DNA of 64,000 nt from Lama guanicoe (taxonomy: Eukaryota), in NCBI GenBank assembly GCA_013239625.1, contig MU053574.1, positions 124,001 through 188,000 on the forward strand, in the 5' to 3' direction. A model generated the notes under the pieces. That model saw only the letters and a list, made by a program, of their open reading frames with translations. It was not told the origin of the DNA and did not search any database. Below, one piece after another: positions 37,006-49,600 of this stretch. Position 1 is the stretch's first letter; each line of letters begins with the position of its first letter. The position numbers and the translations under genes are program-made.

Positions 37006-40000
37006 ATATATGTTTTTCTCCGTCCTGAGTGCCCTTAGGGTGCAGGGTCAGGGGCGGCTGCAGTGGCCAATGGCTTGATGGCTGCAACATCCTTTGTTAA
37101 CTAAATGGCAGGTGACACTCTTTGTCCACAAGACCAAATTCCAAATCCTGCTTGTGCCCTTTCTGTTCTCCCTTGTCTGGAATGTCCTTTCCCTTCAGTC
37201 TAGTCCTCTAGGAAGCCTTCTGAGACTCCCTGCAACCCCCCGGCGTCCATGTGGCATAAAGGACTTGACTCACCCATGACAACCCTCAAATTCTTGTCTG
37301 TCCGTCAGGGGCACTCAGCTGCTTCTCGATGAGACCAGCAGCTATCCGAGGATAGGAACAGTGTGGAATCCTGTCTCAGCAGACGACAGGCACAGACTGA
37401 CCTCAGTAACGCCGGCCTGTGCTGCGCTGGGCGGGCAGCAGGGTTCAGGCTCTGGTCCCAGCACCAGCTGGCATTAGCTGTGTGACCTTGGGGACCTCTA
37501 TGGCCTTGGCTTAGAAGGGCCACAGAATGCAGAATAGACCAAACAGGAGCTGAGCTGAGCCCACCTGCCCCAGAAATGTGAGGATGGATAGGGTGGTCCT
37601 TGTCCTGGGGGTGGGGGCTCCCAGACACCCATGGCGGTTCTGCCGCGACTCGGTCATTCAGAGAGATGGGGGAGCTCTGTCCAAGCCCAGGCTCCTCGCC
37701 AGGAGCTGCATGCAGCTGAGGTGGAGGGAGCGTCACGCTGCCTGCCACTCCGGAGGGCACTCCTCCCCGTAGGCCCAAAGCCCATGACCGAGGCGCCTCT
37801 GCGCAGTGGGAGGCAGCAATTCACTGGGTTGCCACGTGGTGGCGCTCCTGCCCCCTTTTCCTCTAACAAAAACTAGCCAGAAAACGATCAACCAGCCAAT
37901 CAATCTGCCTATCCAACTACCTACCTAATTAATTATAATTATGATTATTAATAAAATTATGAGAATAATATATGATCAGGGTAGAAATACGAAAATAAAA
38001 CATGCATCTCCACCCTGATGTGTGTTCTTTTAATTTCCCTCCCCACTCCCTCCCTCCCCCTTCCTCTTTCCTCTCCCCCTCTCTCCAGTCTCCCTCTCCC
38101 CACATAGGTACCTTTCAATTCAAACAAATCTTGACTGGCCCTTTGCTGTGAGGACCACACAACCACCACCATCTCCCCCCTTCCCTCTGTGAGCGCCACA
38201 CTTCAACCCCCCCCCCCCCCACGGGATGCGGATGGGCAGCGTCCTGGTGGAAGACCATGGGGCGAGGCTCAGGGTGCCTTCACTTCAAAAACTGGTTGGT
38301 TCGCCTCAGAGGAGCAGGGCAGGACAGAGGGGCTCAGGGGAAGCAGGGGAGCTCTGCATGGGCAGAGGGTACCAGAGAGGAGCCTGTGAGGGCCCGCGTT
38401 CCTGCCTGGTGCCACCCTACACCCCTGGCAGAGGTTGTCAAGCAGGGTGCTGGGACCCCCTTTCTAGATTGAGAAAATAAGGCGTCGTTGCTCCTTCAGC
38501 CCCAACGACGACCTCACGAAACCCTCTGGGGGAGGCCCGTGAGGACCGGAGAGGCCGGGTGATGGCAGATCCTCAATGCAGCCTCCTGAGGTTTCAGAAG
38601 GGGACACTGAGGCCTAGAGAGAGACTGGCCAAGGTCACACAGCTCTCAAGCAGCAGAGACAGGGCTGGGACTCTGGCCTCCTAACTCTTCCTGACAACCC
38701 CTCATAATGAAGACCTCCCATCTAGATAACTCACATGCATTTTATAAAACATAACCCCCAGTGGCAATTAGCAGAGCAGATCATGTCTGATTCCCCAGAG
38801 TCACCTGGGTGAAACAGAGCATCGTTCTGGGACTCAGACCTGGCGTTGCACCTGGTCTCGGCACACCCCAGACCACAAGCAGGCATCAGCCTCCACCAAG
38901 CCTCGGACTTTCCGTCTCTTAAAACAGGGCTAAGATAAAGCTTTCCTTGGAGATGTAGATGGCACGTGAAATAATAAATGCAAAACGTTTTCTAAAGGCT
39001 AAAATGTGTGAGTTATCGCTTCTCAGCACAATCAGCCAACAGCTGACTGTGGAACTCTACCCTTTCTCTGCTTCACTGGACACTCAAGAAGTCTTAGCTT
39101 CTGGGGGTGAGCGAGCCAGCAGGGCGGGGCAGCCTGATCCCTACTGGGTGGGCTTTGCTAATTTCCACGGCAGGTTGTTTATGAATGAAACACACGGCAT
39201 CCAGTTACTGCTCATACTCTTCCGGTGACTCCCGCGTTCACGGTCCCTGGATAACTCACAGAAAGTCCACGTGGGGGCTGCAGACATGGAGGAAGAAAAG
39301 TTCTGTGAACATTCACCTGGGCCAGAGAGGGTGCAGGGTCTTCACAAGCCTCGTCTTTTTCAGTCCCAGGGAGCATTTTGCCACTTGGAATTATTGACCA
39401 AATGATGGGAAACCAAGAACCAACACCCAGGTGCAGCTGGCACCATAGTCAAGTCCACACAGCAGTAAGGTCGGTGGGGCTAGGGGGGTCAGCCCCATCC
39501 ACTTGGGCAAGGACCCCAGCTTCCACTCCCCAGTGTTTCTCCATCATCACCATGCCTGGCGCGTCACGAGATCTCTAAGCTGGCCATGCACGAATGCAAG
39601 TTTGTGTTCTTCCCAGTAGGCAGTGTGTGTGTGTGAATCTGTGTACGGGGGTTCATTAGCCAGCCGGAGGACGGTGAAAATCTCCAACGGCTCCTCACCT
39701 CCCTGGTCAAGGCCAACAAGGAGCAGCCCCAGCAGGCGGTGGCCTTGATGCCCGGGCAGTTTCAGCGCGGAGTTTGCTGTGGCTGATGAGGGGGGAGGGG
39801 CGCTGTCTCCCCCCACGTGCTACTTAGGTCAGGGGACTTCGGGCCTCGGGCACAGCTTCAGCCTCCAGACTCAGAAATCAAAGCCTCCAAGGAGCTTACA
39901 AACACGTGAGAGCCAAGGACGCACACATCTCTGCTGAGAACTGGAAATACCAACCCACGAGGGAGAGAGCGCGCCCTTCCTGTGCACACCCGCGGCTCTG

Positions 40001-40307
40001 TCTCAATGCTGATCAGCACCAGGAGTGTCCGGCAGGAGGCGCTGGTGGAATCCATGTGAGGGAGCCTTCCAGCGCCAGGATTTGGAGTCAATTTACATCT
40101 GTTTTGCAGAGGCTTTGCAGAGGTTTTTCAAATGACCATTTTATCATTGTTCCCCGAAGGATGAGCATTTTTCTCTTCCTGTTGCTTCTTATCAACCAAA
40201 AGCACGCAGCGAGGTCCCCTCCTCTGAAGAAAAGGATGTAGATGCTGGGAAGAAGGGGAGGACCGTGTAGTCTTGTGACTACAGTTGGTACATCCTCGCT
40301 CCTCGCC

Positions 40308-40440
40308 TTTTTTAAGACTTTTTTGGGGGCGAGGTAATTAAGTTCACTTATTTATTAATTTAATTTTTAAAGTGGAGGTACTGGGGATTGAACCCAGGAT
40401 CTTATGTGCACTAAGCACACATTCTACCACTGAGCTGCAT
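40308..40440 (-). mobile_element. tRNA-derived SINE (camelid-type)
   Basis: ggaggtactggggattgaacccaggatc...taccactgagct. Confidence 0.85.
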
Positions 40441-40559
40441 TTGGTACCACCTTGAAAAGTGGTCTGTCCACGCATTTCTACAAGATGTGCGGTTTGCAGT
40501 TCAAAAAGGACACACGTAGTGAGCTCGTTTGGAAAGCAGGAAAGAATCCTTCACAAACC

Positions 40560-41120
40560 ATCCTGCCCAGATGCAGCCATTCCACTTCCGGGTATGTACC
40601 CGAAGCCTCCAAAGGAGGGAGTCAAAGAGATACTTGTATGCCCATCTTCACAGCAGCGGTATTCACAACAGCCAAGCGGTGTCTATTGACAAACGAATAA
40701 GTATACAAAATATAGTATTATCCATATAATGGCATGTTATTTAGCCTTAAAAAGCAAGCTAATCCTGACACGTTACAACATGCATGAACCACAACATGGA
40801 TGAACCTTGAAGACATTCTATTAAGTGAAATAAGCCAGTCACAGAGGGACAAATACTCTACGATTCTGCTTACATGAGGTATAGGGAGAAGTCAAAATCG
40901 CAGAGACTGAAAGTAGAAAGGTGGTTGCTAGGAGCTGGGGGTGGAAGGAATGAGATATTTTACAGGTATGGAGTTTTCATTTTGCAAGATAAAAAGTCCC
41001 AGGATGGATGGTGGTGGTGGCTGTACAACGTTAATGTATTTAATGCCACCGAGCTGTCCATTTAAAAGGGTGAAGATGGTAAATTTGATGCTACGAGTAT
41101 TTTACCACAAGTTAAAAACA
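40560..41120 (+). mobile_element. L1MB-like 3' fragment
   Basis: cagccattccacttccgggtatgtaccc...atggatgaaccttgaagacattctattaagtgaaataagccagtc. Confidence 0.8.
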
Positions 41121-41249
41121 AACCTCCCTGCCCCATCCTTCATTTTCACAGATCGACAGAGTGGAAGTGAAGCCCCGAGAACCTCACCATCTCACGATTG
41201 GGGTCTCAGATCTCCCTTCAATGCTTCGTCCAATTAGTTTTTGAGTTTC

Positions 41250-43030
41250 AAATATTTTTTCAACTTTTTATTATGAAAAATTTCAAACAGGAAAGTGAAT
41301 GAAACATGTCTATGAACACCTATATATCCAGCACTTTCATTCAACAAGTCACCATTTGTAAACCACGCTCTTCATTTTCCTCTGTGCATATATATGCATA
41401 TCAATGTATTTTTTTTAAAATTTTTTATTGATTTATAATCATTTTACAATGTTGTGTCATCAATGTGTTTTTGATAAAACATTTTCAAGATATATTGCAG
41501 ACATTATGACACTTCTCCCATCAGGACTTGAGCATCTACCTCCCCAAAACAGATATTCTTACATCATCACGTAACTATACTGTCATTATCACATCTAAGA
41601 AAATTGTCAATAATTTCCTAGTATCGTTCAGTCCATATTCACTTTTTTTCTTTTTTTTTTTTTTGCAATTTCCCCCAATTTTCTAGAATTGCTCTTGCAG
41701 AATCAGGATCATGCCGTTTCCAGCATTGCATTTGCCTGTTTCTTTATGACAGAACAGTGCCCCCTACCCCTTTCTTTTGATATTGAGTCCCCCCCCCCCC
41801 CCCCCCCCCACCCCCCCAAAAGAGCCCAGACCAGTCTAGAAGGTCTTGCTTCCTGGATTTGCCTGACTGTTTCCTTAAGGGGCTGTTTAACCTGTTCCTC
41901 CGTCTCATGTTTACTGGAGGTTAGGGCCAAGCCTTGATTCAATTTAGGTGAGATGTCATAGGCGAAGATACTTCGCAGGTGATGCTGTGGGCTCTATGGC
42001 ATTGGAGGTACCTAAAGTCAGGTTGTCCCACATTAGTGATACTAACTTTGGTCAGCGTGTTCAAAGGGGAGAGCCAGCACTCTCCATCGTGAAGGTGAGT
42101 TGGGGAACAATTTGTAGAGTAAGGCTTTGTCATGCACGCAAGCATCCTGTTCCCCACAGCCTTCTCCTGGTGGGTTCTGCCTCCGATGCTGGTTGTTGCT
42201 GAGTCAACTGTTTCATTGACGGTTGCAAAACAGTAATTCTTCCAATTCCATCATTCCTTCTGCGCTGATTACCTGGGATTTGTTTTTTTCTGTAATGAAG
42301 AGCTTTCCCTCATTAACTGTGGGCGAGCCAGAGGTCTTCCAAATAATGATTATCTTTTCTCTCCAATTGCTGATTTCCATAGTAAGGTGTTGGCATAATT
42401 GGATTTTTAAAATCGTCTCTCTCCCCCTTTTTTTTTTTTGTGCCTTACATTTGGGTATCACCATGAGCTCATGGATTTGTATTTTCTCCATGGTTTACGT
42501 TACGTGACAGAAATTCCTTCCCAGTGTATTAGTTTCTGAGCGCGGCTGTAACAAATGACCACAACTGAGCAGCTTCAACAGCAGGAATGTATTCTCTCTT
42601 GGTTCCAGAGGCTGGGAGTCTGAACTCAATGACGCCTCTTTTCCTGTGAACTTTCTGTTCATATCTTTTGCCCTCTTTTTCTATGAAATAATTGGGTTAA
42701 AAAGAAGATTTTTAAAGAGCGCTCTCTATACTAGGAGGCTTGTCTGTGAAAGAAGTTTCAAATATTTTCTCTAAGCTCATTTGTTTTCTGACTTCGCTTG
42801 TCTTGTTTTTGGCATAAGAAGGGCATTTGTTTTGCTTGTTTAGGGGGGCATCTGATTTGTCAGCCTTTTCTTCTGTTGCTTCTGACTTTTGAGCCATTTC
42901 ACGAAAGGTTTTCTTCATCCCCGATGCCGAAACCTCACCTGCGTTGTTCTCTCCTAGCTCTTGTACGGTCTCACTTCTGACACTGAGAGCGCTGATCCCT
43001 GTGGAGTTTGTTCTGGTACAGGGTGTGAAG
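41250..43030 (-). mobile_element. Old L1MC/L1ME fragments with an MLT1 piece at ~42525-42630
   Basis: tttcaactttttattatgaaaaatttcaaaca...cagaatcaggatc...ttctgacttcgcttgtc, degenerate antisense L1 text. Confidence 0.55.
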
Positions 43031-43759
43031 TCGGGGTCCAGACTTACCTTTTTTCGAATGATCCCTGCACATCCTCCAGGGGAGGCCCAGCTAAAATAAA
43101 ACCTCTAGTTGTGAAGGCTTCTGCTTTGGGGGAGGGAGGTCTCACAGTGACCAGAAAACCTCTGAACATGCAGCACATGGGTGGTGTGGTCCTACACATC
43201 GTACTGCAAGGGGTGCAGAGAGATGTGGCTGAGGGTCTGGGTGAGGAGGTGGCCTGCCAACGAGACAGACAGCCCAGGATTTCAAAGTTCCATCGGCAGG
43301 CATTAAAGTCAGGATTAAGCCTTTGCCAGTATTCAACAGACAACTCTCTTCTTCTTTCCTCACCTCTTGAACCTTCAGAGGCTCTTCGTTGCCCCTAGAT
43401 AGCGTTCAGGCTTCTGATGTAGCTCGAGGTGCTATCTGTCTTATCTCCTATTCCATGTACATCCTAAAATGCCCATTTATCAGCCAATGAGCCTTAAGTG
43501 GTCTTACTTCCATGCCTTTGCTCAAGCTGGGCCTTCCTCCTTCCTTCCTCCTTCCTCCCATCCTCCCCGTCACCATGTCTCAGGTTCCTGATTAAACTGG
43601 AAGCAAAGTTCAAATCCCAGCCCCATCCGTGGGAGCATGTGTGACCTCCTCGCTCTGCAGCACTTCGCAAGGTGGTTCTGGGCTGGCCCTGACTTTGAGT
43701 CACAGTATGGTCATCCCACTTCCATCGCATGTGCTGGACTCTGTGCACCTGAGAAGCAG

Positions 43760-44215
43760 GTGTCAGGGATTGCCTAGTGTCCCGCCTTCTAAAATTCATG
43801 CCATCCCAGAACCTCAGAATATGACTTTATTTGGAAATAGGGTGAATTCAGCTGAAGTCATACTGGTGACATAAATCCAATGACTGGTGTTCTCAGAAAA
43901 AGAGGAGAGGACACACAGGGACACACACAGAGATGAAGGTCATGGAAAACACACAGGGAGAAAGGTCACGTGAAGATGGAGGCAGAGAGTGCAGAGATGC
44001 AGCCACAAGCCGAGGAGTGTCAGAGATGGCTGGGACCAGCAGAAGGTGGGAGAGAGGCGATGGAGATCCTCCATCAGAGACCCCGGAGGGCACCAGCCCT
44101 GCTGACACTTTGACTTCAGGTTTCCGGCCTCCAGAACTGAGAGAGACTACATTTCTGTTGTCTTAAGCCATCCTGCTGGTGGCTTTGTTACAGTAACCTG
44201 AGGGAACTTGTGCAG
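43760..44215 (+). mobile_element. MLT1B/C-like LTR
   Basis: cctcagaatatgactttatttggaaataggg...gtgaagatggaggcagag...ccggcctccagaactgagag. Confidence 0.8.
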
Positions 44216-44857
44216 CAGGTAACAGTAGGGACAATATTCACAGATGCTCACACTCTGGCACGTGCTCTGATAAGTCTCGCACTGGACTGTCCTAGAAACC
44301 CTGTGAGTTGGGTATTTAAGGTACTGGCGGCACCCTCATTGTCCAGGTAGAGAAACTAAAGCTTGGTGACTCGAAAGGCTGGGTTGTAGAGCCTGGATCC
44401 CAACTCGGACCTCACCCGATGGCCTGGTCTGTGTGCTGCATGCCCGTGGCCACCATGCTGACTGTCCTTTACGACTGAGGGTCAGAAAACACATTCTTGA
44501 ACAAACCCTCAAAACCCAATTAAGTCAAAGCAGCAGCAGCAGCATGATTTGGTAACATTGAAATTAATGTCTCTTTTCCAACGAAGGACAAGATAGTTAG
44601 CAGGAGGACAGGGAAGACGCCACAAATACCTGTAGCCAACAAAGGAAACACTGCTGTGTGTTGCATCCTGCAAATCAACAAGGAAACGAAAGTAACTCCA
44701 CGGGAAGAAAAACGGGCGACAGACAGGCATTGGCCATTTATAGAGGATGAAACCCACAAGACTAACAAGATGAAGAAATGCTCCCTCTTCTTCGCAGAGA
44801 GCGCTAAATGAAAACAAGAAGGATGTGTCACTGTAGGCTTATTATAGTTTAAAGTTA

Positions 44858-45020
44858 GAGGGTGAGTAGAGCTCAGTGGTCGAGCACATGCTCAGCATGC
44901 AGGAGGTCCTGGGTTCAATTCCCAGTGCCTCACTTAAAAAAGCAAGACTAAAAATAAATAACTAACTAAATGAACCCAATTACTCCCCACCACCAAAAAA
45001 AAAAAAAACAAATTAAAAAT
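44858..45020 (+). mobile_element. tRNA-derived SINE (camelid-type)
   Basis: gtagagctcagtggtcgagcacatgctcagcatgcaggaggtcctgggttcaattcccagtgcctc followed by an A-rich tail. Confidence 0.85.
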
Positions 45021-47429
45021 TAAAGACCATTGGCAGAGATGTGGCCATTTCTGTGGATTTCTAGTGAGGGTGCAGAGCGGTGCAGCTGTCCTGGAGAACA
45101 GTTCAGGGGGGTCCCTTCAAAGCATGGCTGTGCACAATTTTTGGAGGTGATGAGTATGTTAAGCACCTCATTTGTGGCGATGGTAGCACAGGTGTATGCA
45201 CGTGTCCAGGGTCATCGAGATATAACATTAAATGTGTGTATCAATGACACTTCAATAAAGCTAAATTGTTTTTCTCTAAAAACACCACAAGAGAGTAGCA
45301 GTCCACATACACCCTATGACCCGCCACCAGCGTCACTCAGTTGTGTAACCCGAAGAAATTCTCAGCTGGACCCACAAGGAAACAAGCACAGCAAGGTTCG
45401 TCACAGCGTTGCTTCTGGTGGCACTTTGGGAGGGTGCAGAGCGGCTCAGGGCAGACACACTCCACTGAATAGCTGTCAGCAGTTAGAAGCTCCTGGCTGG
45501 ATGGACACAAAGCAACGTGCATGGAGCCTCAAAACATACTGCTGAACGGGGAAAAAAGTAAGATACAGACTGTCATCTATGACACGGTCCATTTACATAA
45601 GTTAAAAATACACGCATACATTTATATATAGATGTGTGTCTATTTGGACACGGCACTGGACAGCAAGGGGCCAAGAATAAGACTGGAGAGGCCAGGGCCG
45701 AGGAGAGCCTCAGGGGCTACTGCCTGGAGCTTGGACTCCAGCCTGCAGGAGATGTGTGACCCCTTGAAGGCAGGGCAAGGGGCAGGGGGCTGCCACACAG
45801 AAGGCTGAAAGCTGAAGCAGGAGGGCCACTTAAATGGATGAACCTGAACTTACGGCACTGACAGGGACATAGTTTTGACCAGTGGTGTCCTTCCAAAGAC
45901 CTTCAAATCTCCTGGCATCTGGAAGGCCTTTTGTTTGTGAGAGACAGCAACCCAACTGAAACTAGCATTAGTCCAAACAGTCAGTTTTGGCTTCATGGAA
46001 CTGGGAGGACCCGGGTGAAGCTGGCCTCAAGGGCTCCGGAAGCTGACAAGATCTTAGTACCCTGCATTTCTCTTTCCACCTCTCCCTCTGTGTCTTTGTT
46101 CCTCTGTGTCTTTTCCATCTTTTGGCTAGACTCCTTGCAGAGCTTGATGGAGGGGAGGGAGAGGGGGAGGGCCATAGGTTTCTCATCCCAGTTTAGTGAC
46201 CCTGGAGGAACGACAAAGTCTCTTTCAGTACCCAGGTATAACGACTCAAGGAAGCCCCTGATTGGCCCAACTGTGCCAACCATTCTGGCTGGATGCTTGT
46301 GATGCTGGACTGGCTAGGGCTGGATAGGAGCCTGCAGCCTGAGGGTGGTGCTGTGGGTGTCCCCAGGAGGGAGCGGGAGAGACACAGACACACACGAATG
46401 CAAAGACGTACATCACATGCATCAAGTCAGCACCGCCTGCCTCCGAGGGCGCACTCCTTCTGTCTTCTGTCACACTCAGACAGGCGGGACATGATTGCTG
46501 TTGGCAATCCCCGGTCGGCAAGCCCCTGCCACAGGAAGGGTCTAGGGTGGTAGTGTGGAGGGTAGTGATCTGATTAACATCTATTTAGCTAATGGCAAAA
46601 AATTAACCCCAGAAATGCAGAAAATACCTAGGCAGCCCATGGTCAGTGGCTGGAGATGGTGACAGGGCTGCCTCTGCCTCTTCTTCCCAGCCTCCTCGCA
46701 CAAGCCTCTGGTGGTCCATGCTGAGAGAACAATTACCATTCTTCTTCCAGACACTGTATAAACAGTAACAGTGTGGTTACGGCCCCCTTGGGGGCCAGGA
46801 GCTGATGAGCCTCATGTATCACTGCTCCCTTCCAAGGAGAAGAGCATTCCAGCAGGATGAGGTCACAGAGTGAAGGAAAACTGGAGCCAGGGAACGGGGG
46901 TTCCTGAGTCAGAGCTCTGAAGCAGTGCCTGTTCCCTGACTCCATTCCTTAACCCAACTCTCCCAATCTCCAGTGGTCTCAGAACGTGCCTGAGTTCCTG
47001 CCACGGTGTTAGTGGAAAGGTAGGAATCTGTTCTGGTGAGATGGTTTGTGAACTGGTGGCAGAGTGGGGAGAACCTGGACCCCAAGCGGACCATGCCAGG
47101 CAGCTACATGGAAGTTAGCATTTGGTGGACTGACTCCAGCAGTGACTGGATGCTGCCTGCGAGTGCAGTTAACAAAGTAACAAAACTAACACTGATTGAA
47201 ATAGGTTCTATGCTAGTTACATCTTAATGTCACATTGAATCCACCCCAAATCCCCACTAGGTAGGCATTATTATTACTCCCCTGCTGCAGATAAGGAAAG
47301 CAAGGCTCACTGAGTTAGTGTGAAGGCAGAAATCTGCCTTCAAACTCTAGTCTGTTTGATTCATGACCTCTTAGCTTCTCCCAACTGCCTCCATGACCGT
47401 GTTAGGCTGGTGGAACCCCTAGCTCAAAG

Positions 47430-47615
47430 TCCACCTCCGTTGTAAGCCAGCACAGTTATCAAGGTTGTGTACTGCTCAAGAGCCCCCAGGAAGAGTAAGT
47501 GTAGCTGGGTAGGGGCCAAAATACAGCCTGGGCTCTGCTCACATGGGTTGTGGGCCCAGAGGCAGTGCCTTTTTCTAATTCTCACAAACCACCAGATGGG
47601 CTAGCAACAGCCCTA
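47430..47615 (-). mobile_element. MER91-like hAT remnant
   Basis: ggcagtgcctttttctaattctcacaaa...agatgggctagcaacagccct, antisense of the recalled MER91 terminus. Confidence 0.45.
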
Positions 47616-48259
47616 CCCCAGCAGACGATGCCAGGGCCTCTTGGAATTCTGACAGCACCCACAGTGCCGGCCACTGACACAGCAGGCCCCTGAAACCATA
47701 TGCTGCTTTGCATTGTGACCCAATTGGTTCCCATGACAAAACTTGTTATTCCCATAACTTACCCAGCGTTTACTGCCTCTAGATACTTGCTGCTTTGGTT
47801 CTCTGCCTGGAATGCCCTGTTCTTCCCAACGGCTTCTCCCATTTGTAATATCGTAACACCTACCTTTCCTTTAAACCCAGCTGGCTGCGCACTCCTTCAA
47901 AAAGCCTTTCAGACACCACAGCTGGTCTTCACCTCACTCCCTGCGGCCTCTCTCACACGGTTTCGCTTCAGTCACAGCGTTTACCATACCCTGCCTCTGA
48001 TAAGGACCATCATCTTTTGAGTACTTACTCTCCGTGGGACACTGTGCTAAACACTCTCCATACTTTTCTCCTTGAGTCCTCACTTCGCTAACGTTGTTAT
48101 GCCCATTTCACAGAGGAAGAAACTGAGGCTAAGGGGACTTCAAGACTGGTTCAGGTTGACACAGCTAGGAAGTAGCAAGGCAGGAACTGAATTGACGGGT
48201 TCTGCTTTTAAAACTGCCTGCTCTGATTAGGGTGATTTTCCAATAGATGTTGTGACCAG

Positions 48260-49600
48260 GTCTGAAACGTCAGCAATCTGAGCGCGGAAGCCAGTGTGGC
48301 TCGTCGCAGTCCCAGAGGTGGGCTTTTGCAAATCGTCCGCGAAGCAAAGAAGGCTGCCCTGGTGCAGCTTTTTCTCCTTCCCTAGCTGAACTGCCACTCC
48401 TGTAAGGGTCCAAAGCAGACCCTTCACCCACGGGGGCCCCACTGGCTCCTAGGAAAACAAGATCGCAGCTCCGCGGCCGGGCACAGGGAGACCCTGGGCC
48501 GGGGGCAGCAGGGTCTGCGAGCCGAGGAGCAGCAGCGGGAGGGCGGCACGGACCCCAACCACACCCAGCCCGGCGAACTTGTTTACGCCTCTTGCACAGC
48601 CCCTCCCGCCCGGCCGGGCCACGTGACCTGCGCCCCGCCCCTCGCTCTCTCTCGTGGCTCCTCCCGCCGCGCCGGCCCTTCTTTTTGCCTCCTTCGGAGT
48701 CACAAGATCTCTCAGCGGCCTGCTTTCGGAATCCTTCCGCACGTCCCCGCCCCCCTACCTTGCAAACTCCCCTTGGTCCTTTCTTGACCGGTTAGCATCC
48801 TCAGTAATGAGAAGAACGGCCTCTTCTGTCCAGAGGGTCAGCGGACCGCGGTCTCCTGTTATCGGGGTCGCGGGGGCGGCGAGACCCAGCTGGGGACTCT
48901 TTTTCGTGGCGGAAGCTGCAGCCGGCTGTGGACACTTCACGACGGGGGGAGGTGCTGTACGTCCAAGATGGCGGCGCCCTGTAGGCTGGAGGAACTGTGA
49001 GGTAAACAGCTGAGGGGGAGGAGACGGTGGGTGAGTATGGGGGTGTCGCCCCCTCCTTTTCACGGGGGCTTCTCGGGGCAGTCCTGGCACCATGACCCCA
49101 GCCTGGGAGGCTCTGTGGGGCGGGGGCAAGGGGCTCACTTGCCGGGGAAGGACCCCGGGAAGGGGGGTTCGGAGAGCTTTCCCCTCCCTCTTATTACGCG
49201 CTCTCTCCGGCGGGGCCCAGCGGGGCTGGCGGGTCTCTGGGGAGGAGAGGCGGCCCCGGCCGGCACTTCGCCCTTCTCTGGCGACGGAGGGGACCGCTGC
49301 GCCCCGGGCCGCGGTGCCGAGGGCAGGTGAGGTGGGCCGCTTCGGCAGCCCCTCGCTTGGTGGGGTGACAGATTCCCGCGGGGTTGCGGAGAGCAGGGGA
49401 GAGACCCCCGGCCGTGGGGGAAGGGTCGGGTGGCGGGGCTGGTCCCAGGGCTTGAGGAGAGGGGGCGAAGGGTGGGGGGCGGGGAATGAATGGAGGATGC
49501 CTGTGGGCATCAAGGATCCGCCTGGACTCGGTATCTCCGCTGAAATTTGCAAGACTGGAGTGCCTCGCTCCGGGCGTGCTTGTGGGTGTTTGATTGACGG
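48260..49600. promoter_or_regulatory. TSC1: TSC1 CpG-island promoter
   Basis: Dense CpG with GC boxes; TTGTTTAC 48579-48586; CACGTGAC 48620-48627; CGGAAG 48910-48915; YY1-type CAAGATGGCGGC 48964-48975. Confidence 0.85.
48939..49030 (+). other. TSC1: TSC1 non-coding exon 1
   Basis: ACGACGGGGGGAGGTGCTGTACGTCCAAGATGGCGGCGCCCTGTAGGCTGGAG...GAGACGGTGG matches the recalled human TSC1 mRNA 5' end. Donor GG|GTGAGT at 49031. Confidence 0.9.

Noticed and set aside
42961..43398. 145-aa ORF / possible processed pseudogene
   Set aside because: Begins in L1 sequence; no recognisable protein in any frame and no poly(A) or TSD.
49001..49007. GAG|GTAAAC as the TSC1 exon 1 donor
   Set aside because: The recalled mRNA reads through to GAGACGGTGG and the stronger donor at 49031; at most an alternative donor.
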